From Balanoglossus misakiensis (lineage: Eukaryota; Animalia; Hemichordata), in NCBI GenBank assembly GCA_040954595.2, contig CM082581.2, forward strand, positions 10,477,099 through 10,541,098: a stretch of DNA of 64,000 nt, read 5' to 3'. Positions within the stretch are counted from its first letter, which is position 1, and every line of letters begins with the position of its first letter. The notes under the pieces were generated by a model that saw only the letters and a list, made by a program, of their open reading frames with translations, was not told where the DNA came from and ran no database searches. This document shows, piece after piece, positions 60,301 through 64,000 of this stretch. The position numbers and the translations under genes are program-made.

Positions 60301-63300
60301 CTGAAATGATACTGATATCACCACTAACCCAGCGCGGCACGCTGGGAAAGAATAGATATGTAAACAGCAGGGACTCAAAAATACTTCGTAATAGATTCCA
60401 TTCTCTTCTTTTTTTTCGCTTGAATGATTACGTTAATTTGTAATTATGCTTCTGATAGCTGATGAGTTTCCGAAAAAACAAGTCGGGGTTTCATGAATTT
60501 TGAAGCCTTTTTTGTGGAGTCTAATGACACACTAGTGCTTGTAATCAAACACCGATTTATGCAATGTCAGTTTAAAAAAAACAGCTGTCAGACATTTGAC
60601 TGATATTTTTTGGCCATCTTGTACGCGTGGGATTTTTTAAATTCATGAGGTCAGCCGTCGATAGTTTATGATTTACGATCATAAGAATTGACAATTTTTC
60701 TCTCTTGTTTGCCACTGTTTCATGATATTTATCATCTGGGGAAAATTATTGTTGGAATGCAACAGCCAAATGGTGTAAACTTGGTGGGAAAATGCTGTTA
60801 ACTTTGAATAATATAACATGTCGAGTGAAATTTCGCAAGTCATCAATTTACAATATGTGTTAAAAGTCTGACTTGTGGGGGAAGTATGGATGTCAAGTGT
60901 GTACTCACTGCGGCCTGTAATAACACTAGAACAAGTTGCATAAATCTTGAAATTGCATTATAATTATCGGTCATATTTATTTTACAAACTACACAGTTTT
61001 ATAAAATTCAGTTGCGGGAATGAAATCTCTCAGCATTTATGCTTTTTATCACAGAAATGTTCCAAACTGCTTTATGATTTTCATAATAAGAAACCAGATG
61101 TCTGCGGGAAGCTCTTTACCACAACCTGATTATTAATATGAAGAAACTGAAATTATTTTTTATGGAATCGCCTTAGTGAGTGAGCAGTTGAGGTATAAAA
61201 ATATTTAAAAGTGGTCGTAAGTGTGTGGAATGAGGATAATTTGAAAATAAAAAGTAGTAAATGTAAAAATTATTATCCTCCATGGATAATCTGCGGGATT
61301 CGTCAAGGAGATTGTTTGGTAATAATATCTACCAAACTATAAATTAATATCAGAACAAGCATAAATCAAACGAATTCAACGTGTACTTTCTTTTCAAAGT
61401 AAAACAAGAAGGGTTAGTACTTAAATCGCCGTGTGTTTGGAGATTTGGATAGTCTTGTTTAAGCAACATTCAACTGCAGATGAAAGGGTTTGTTAGCGTT
61501 GGCGATTTTTAATTGTGGAAGAAAACAAACATGTTTAAATAGTCATCAAAAAGTGCCTCTGTATTTTCATGCATTTGACGTGAGCCAGCAAGCCCGTGCA
61601 GGATTTGTGAAATAAATGCGGTTTTGAGATGTGTTTCTATAGCGGCTGGTCGATAAACGATACATGTAATTATTTATGGGAGGAACGAGTCATTATCAGG
61701 AAAAGCAATTATATACAATTTAACTGTCAATTATATACATGTATTGAAAGAATGTTTATCATCCTCTGTTTAAATGGCAAGAGTTTCTGTGACATTTTTT
61801 TCGCTTTGTTGCCTTTCAAGTTCTGTGTCGGTGAAAGGGTTATTTCAGGTTGAGTTGTAATAGGTGCGGTGCTGTGAATATTTTGGAAAACATCAGATAT
61901 TTTATTTTGTTGGTTGTAAATGAGCCCTTGTTTTGCCAGAGATTTTTTTATTGAGAGTACTGAGGAAGCATTTAAGTTTGGTGTGGACAAAAAAAAAGTA
62001 CTTTTAGCAAAATGCTGCCTGAATTATTGATAACACTGTTTAAAAAAGCATTAATAGCTCCCATATTGAGAATCATTCACATTGTGTTTTTTTATAAGTC
62101 CCCCATTTTCGATTGCAATCTCTGCCGTGTGGAGCATTGATAGATGAAAGGAACCATGAGAGAGAGTGCATGTTGGGTCAGGCACTGATGGAACAGTTGG
62201 GCGCGATATCATTGGTCAGCGCGGTTGTAAGGAAGGCTGCTGTTTATGTTGGGAATGGTAACATGTGGAGGGAGAAAAAAAAAAGCAATAAAATGAGCCG
62301 CTAGATGATACTTAGTGTACGGACTGATAAATCCATTGTAACAGTTCTATAGGGTTTACTCACAAAATGCAGCCATGTTTGGGACAAGGACCCTTTGCAC
62401 GTGTTGAATTGTATGAGCCAATACTTCAGATTCAGAACCTGAGTTCATTTGTGACCGTGTTTTGTGTATACCCCTATTATTATATGCCCCTTCCTACGTA
62501 AAAGTAAAATGGTGACAAAAATTATGCAAATTGATATACCCAGGCAGGGTGTAGGCAAGAACACGTCAGCAGCATTACGACCCTGCATACTGTACAAATA
62601 CAGGGACGTATTGTCTTGTATTGAAGCAATAGACCCTCCCCTGGTTATATTTGTGCACCAGCAGTATACTTCTAGTAATATATAATGTGCCATAGAACAA
62701 TATAGGTTGTGACATTAGGTGTATGATGGTGCGACGTATGGGGGTCACATCAATAAAAACCTCTGACTTTGCTTCTTCGTGGATTAGCATTTTCTTCCTG
62801 GAGATGCCACACTAACCAGAGATAACAAAAAATCTGTTTTACTTGTCTGATGATACCAATGAATAATGAAGGATTTTAATCTTCAATTCCCAGCGATGAT
62901 TCACGGACCGTGGACACTTGAAAGAGAGATGGAGGGAATCTCTTGTCCGTCCCACTCCCCTTCCAGGTGTTGTTTGTGTTCCACTTCTCGAGAATAAAGT
63001 GTGATTCTCACGAAGCCCACTGTCAATATTTTCGAGCAATAACTTGACAGGTTCATTGCAGTGGAAGTGGCATTGATTTATGCCGAGGCACACGCGATGG
63101 CCGACGGTGAAGTGCGAGGAAGTCCAAAAATCGCATATTCATGAATATTTCCCTGGCGTGAAACGACTCTGACGTAGTACCCCTCAAGGTAGCATCAACA
63201 CCAGAATTCCCTGGAGTTCAAAAAAAAAATCAAACTTTCCAGGATATCCAACTGATCTTGGAATGTCACCCCAGTGTGGTTCCCTCCTCGTTTCGTTAAT

Positions 63301-63834
63301 CAGAACTGAATATAATTTCATTGTCTCCACTGCCAAATCCATGACGAATAAATCTGCAATAAAAAATGCATCATTTGTCTTCGTTCGCAATATTTCCCGA
63401 AGCAAATAACTGACCCCGCGTCTAATAATCAGCTATTTATTCCATATCGTTCGTAATCTTATTACGTTTCATGAAGCTTTTCGCTGCTGAAAATCTACCC
63501 TCATAATTAATGTCTGATTTCTGATGATTGCAAGCCCGACAATCTATCTACATGTGTAGATGTTGTCAGCGTGCCGTTTGGAAACTACAGTGTCGGGAAA
63601 ACAGCGGTGTTGTTATTAGGAGAAAATCCCGGCGCACCACATGCTGGTTTGGAAAGCTCATCTGTTGGGAGACCACAGATTTTCACCTCACAGATATCAT
63701 AGCAAGGACACGTATGCTCGAAAACATTTTTCAGTTTTCCATGCACGGTGTTTTGGATGCAGCTTTGTGTTCATCTTAGATTTTCAGTGAGGAAATATTT
63801 CCCAACTGATTGATAAAAAATGCTTGAAAAAAAT

Positions 63835-63893
63835 TATATATATATATAGAAAGATACATAGATACATGCAGATACATACATACATACATACAT
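63835..63893. repeat. (TA)n and (ATAC)n microsatellite
   Basis: tatatatatata followed by atacatacatacatacatac. Confidence 0.9.
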
Positions 63894-64000
63894 CATGCAA
63901 CTCACAAATCTACTTGTTTTCTGTGACAGAAATTTGTTAACAAAGGAAGAAGACTGTCAATTGTGTTCAAGCTTTACTCTATTCACTGAAATCCAGTAGC

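Noticed and set aside
30066-64000. Short ORFs (60-150 aa) throughout the large intron
   Set aside because: AT-rich, often non-ATG starts, no recognisable domains or transposase/RT motifs.
1-64000. CRISPR arrays, rRNA, tRNA or prokaryotic operons
   Set aside because: No repeat-spacer periodicity, cloverleaf or rRNA signatures were seen, and the sequence is intron-containing eukaryotic DNA.

Overview
Eukaryotic (animal) genomic DNA, AT-rich, with GT-AG introns, microsatellites and MITE/SINE debris. The repeat style suggests a marine invertebrate, but this is inference only. The first ~15 kb is a compact stress-gene cluster. It holds two small heat-shock protein (HSP20/alpha-crystallin) genes on the - strand (10878-11723 and 14502-15086), very strong heat-shock-element arrays (5588-5654 and 11933-12067), and a tandem family of three intronless, TATA-driven small disordered proteins on the + strand (5106-5342, 7137-7586, 9901-10347) that I cannot assign to a known family. 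Two of the three are about 20% His. All three share an N-terminal M-x-D start, a central basic R-S-[ND]-T/Ser-Thr motif (degenerate in 7137-7586) and a C-terminal T-E-x-L-x-M-[VI]-(G)-E motif. From ~29 kb the window carries the 5' part of a TIA-1/TIAR gene: three coding exons spanning most of RRM1, then an intron of more than 33 kb running off the window. That intron contains a candidate internal promoter and phase-compatible alternative first exon (57287-57379) that would give an RRM1-less isoform. Most other ORFs in the track look spurious. All alignments and motif calls were made by eye, and no database search was run.
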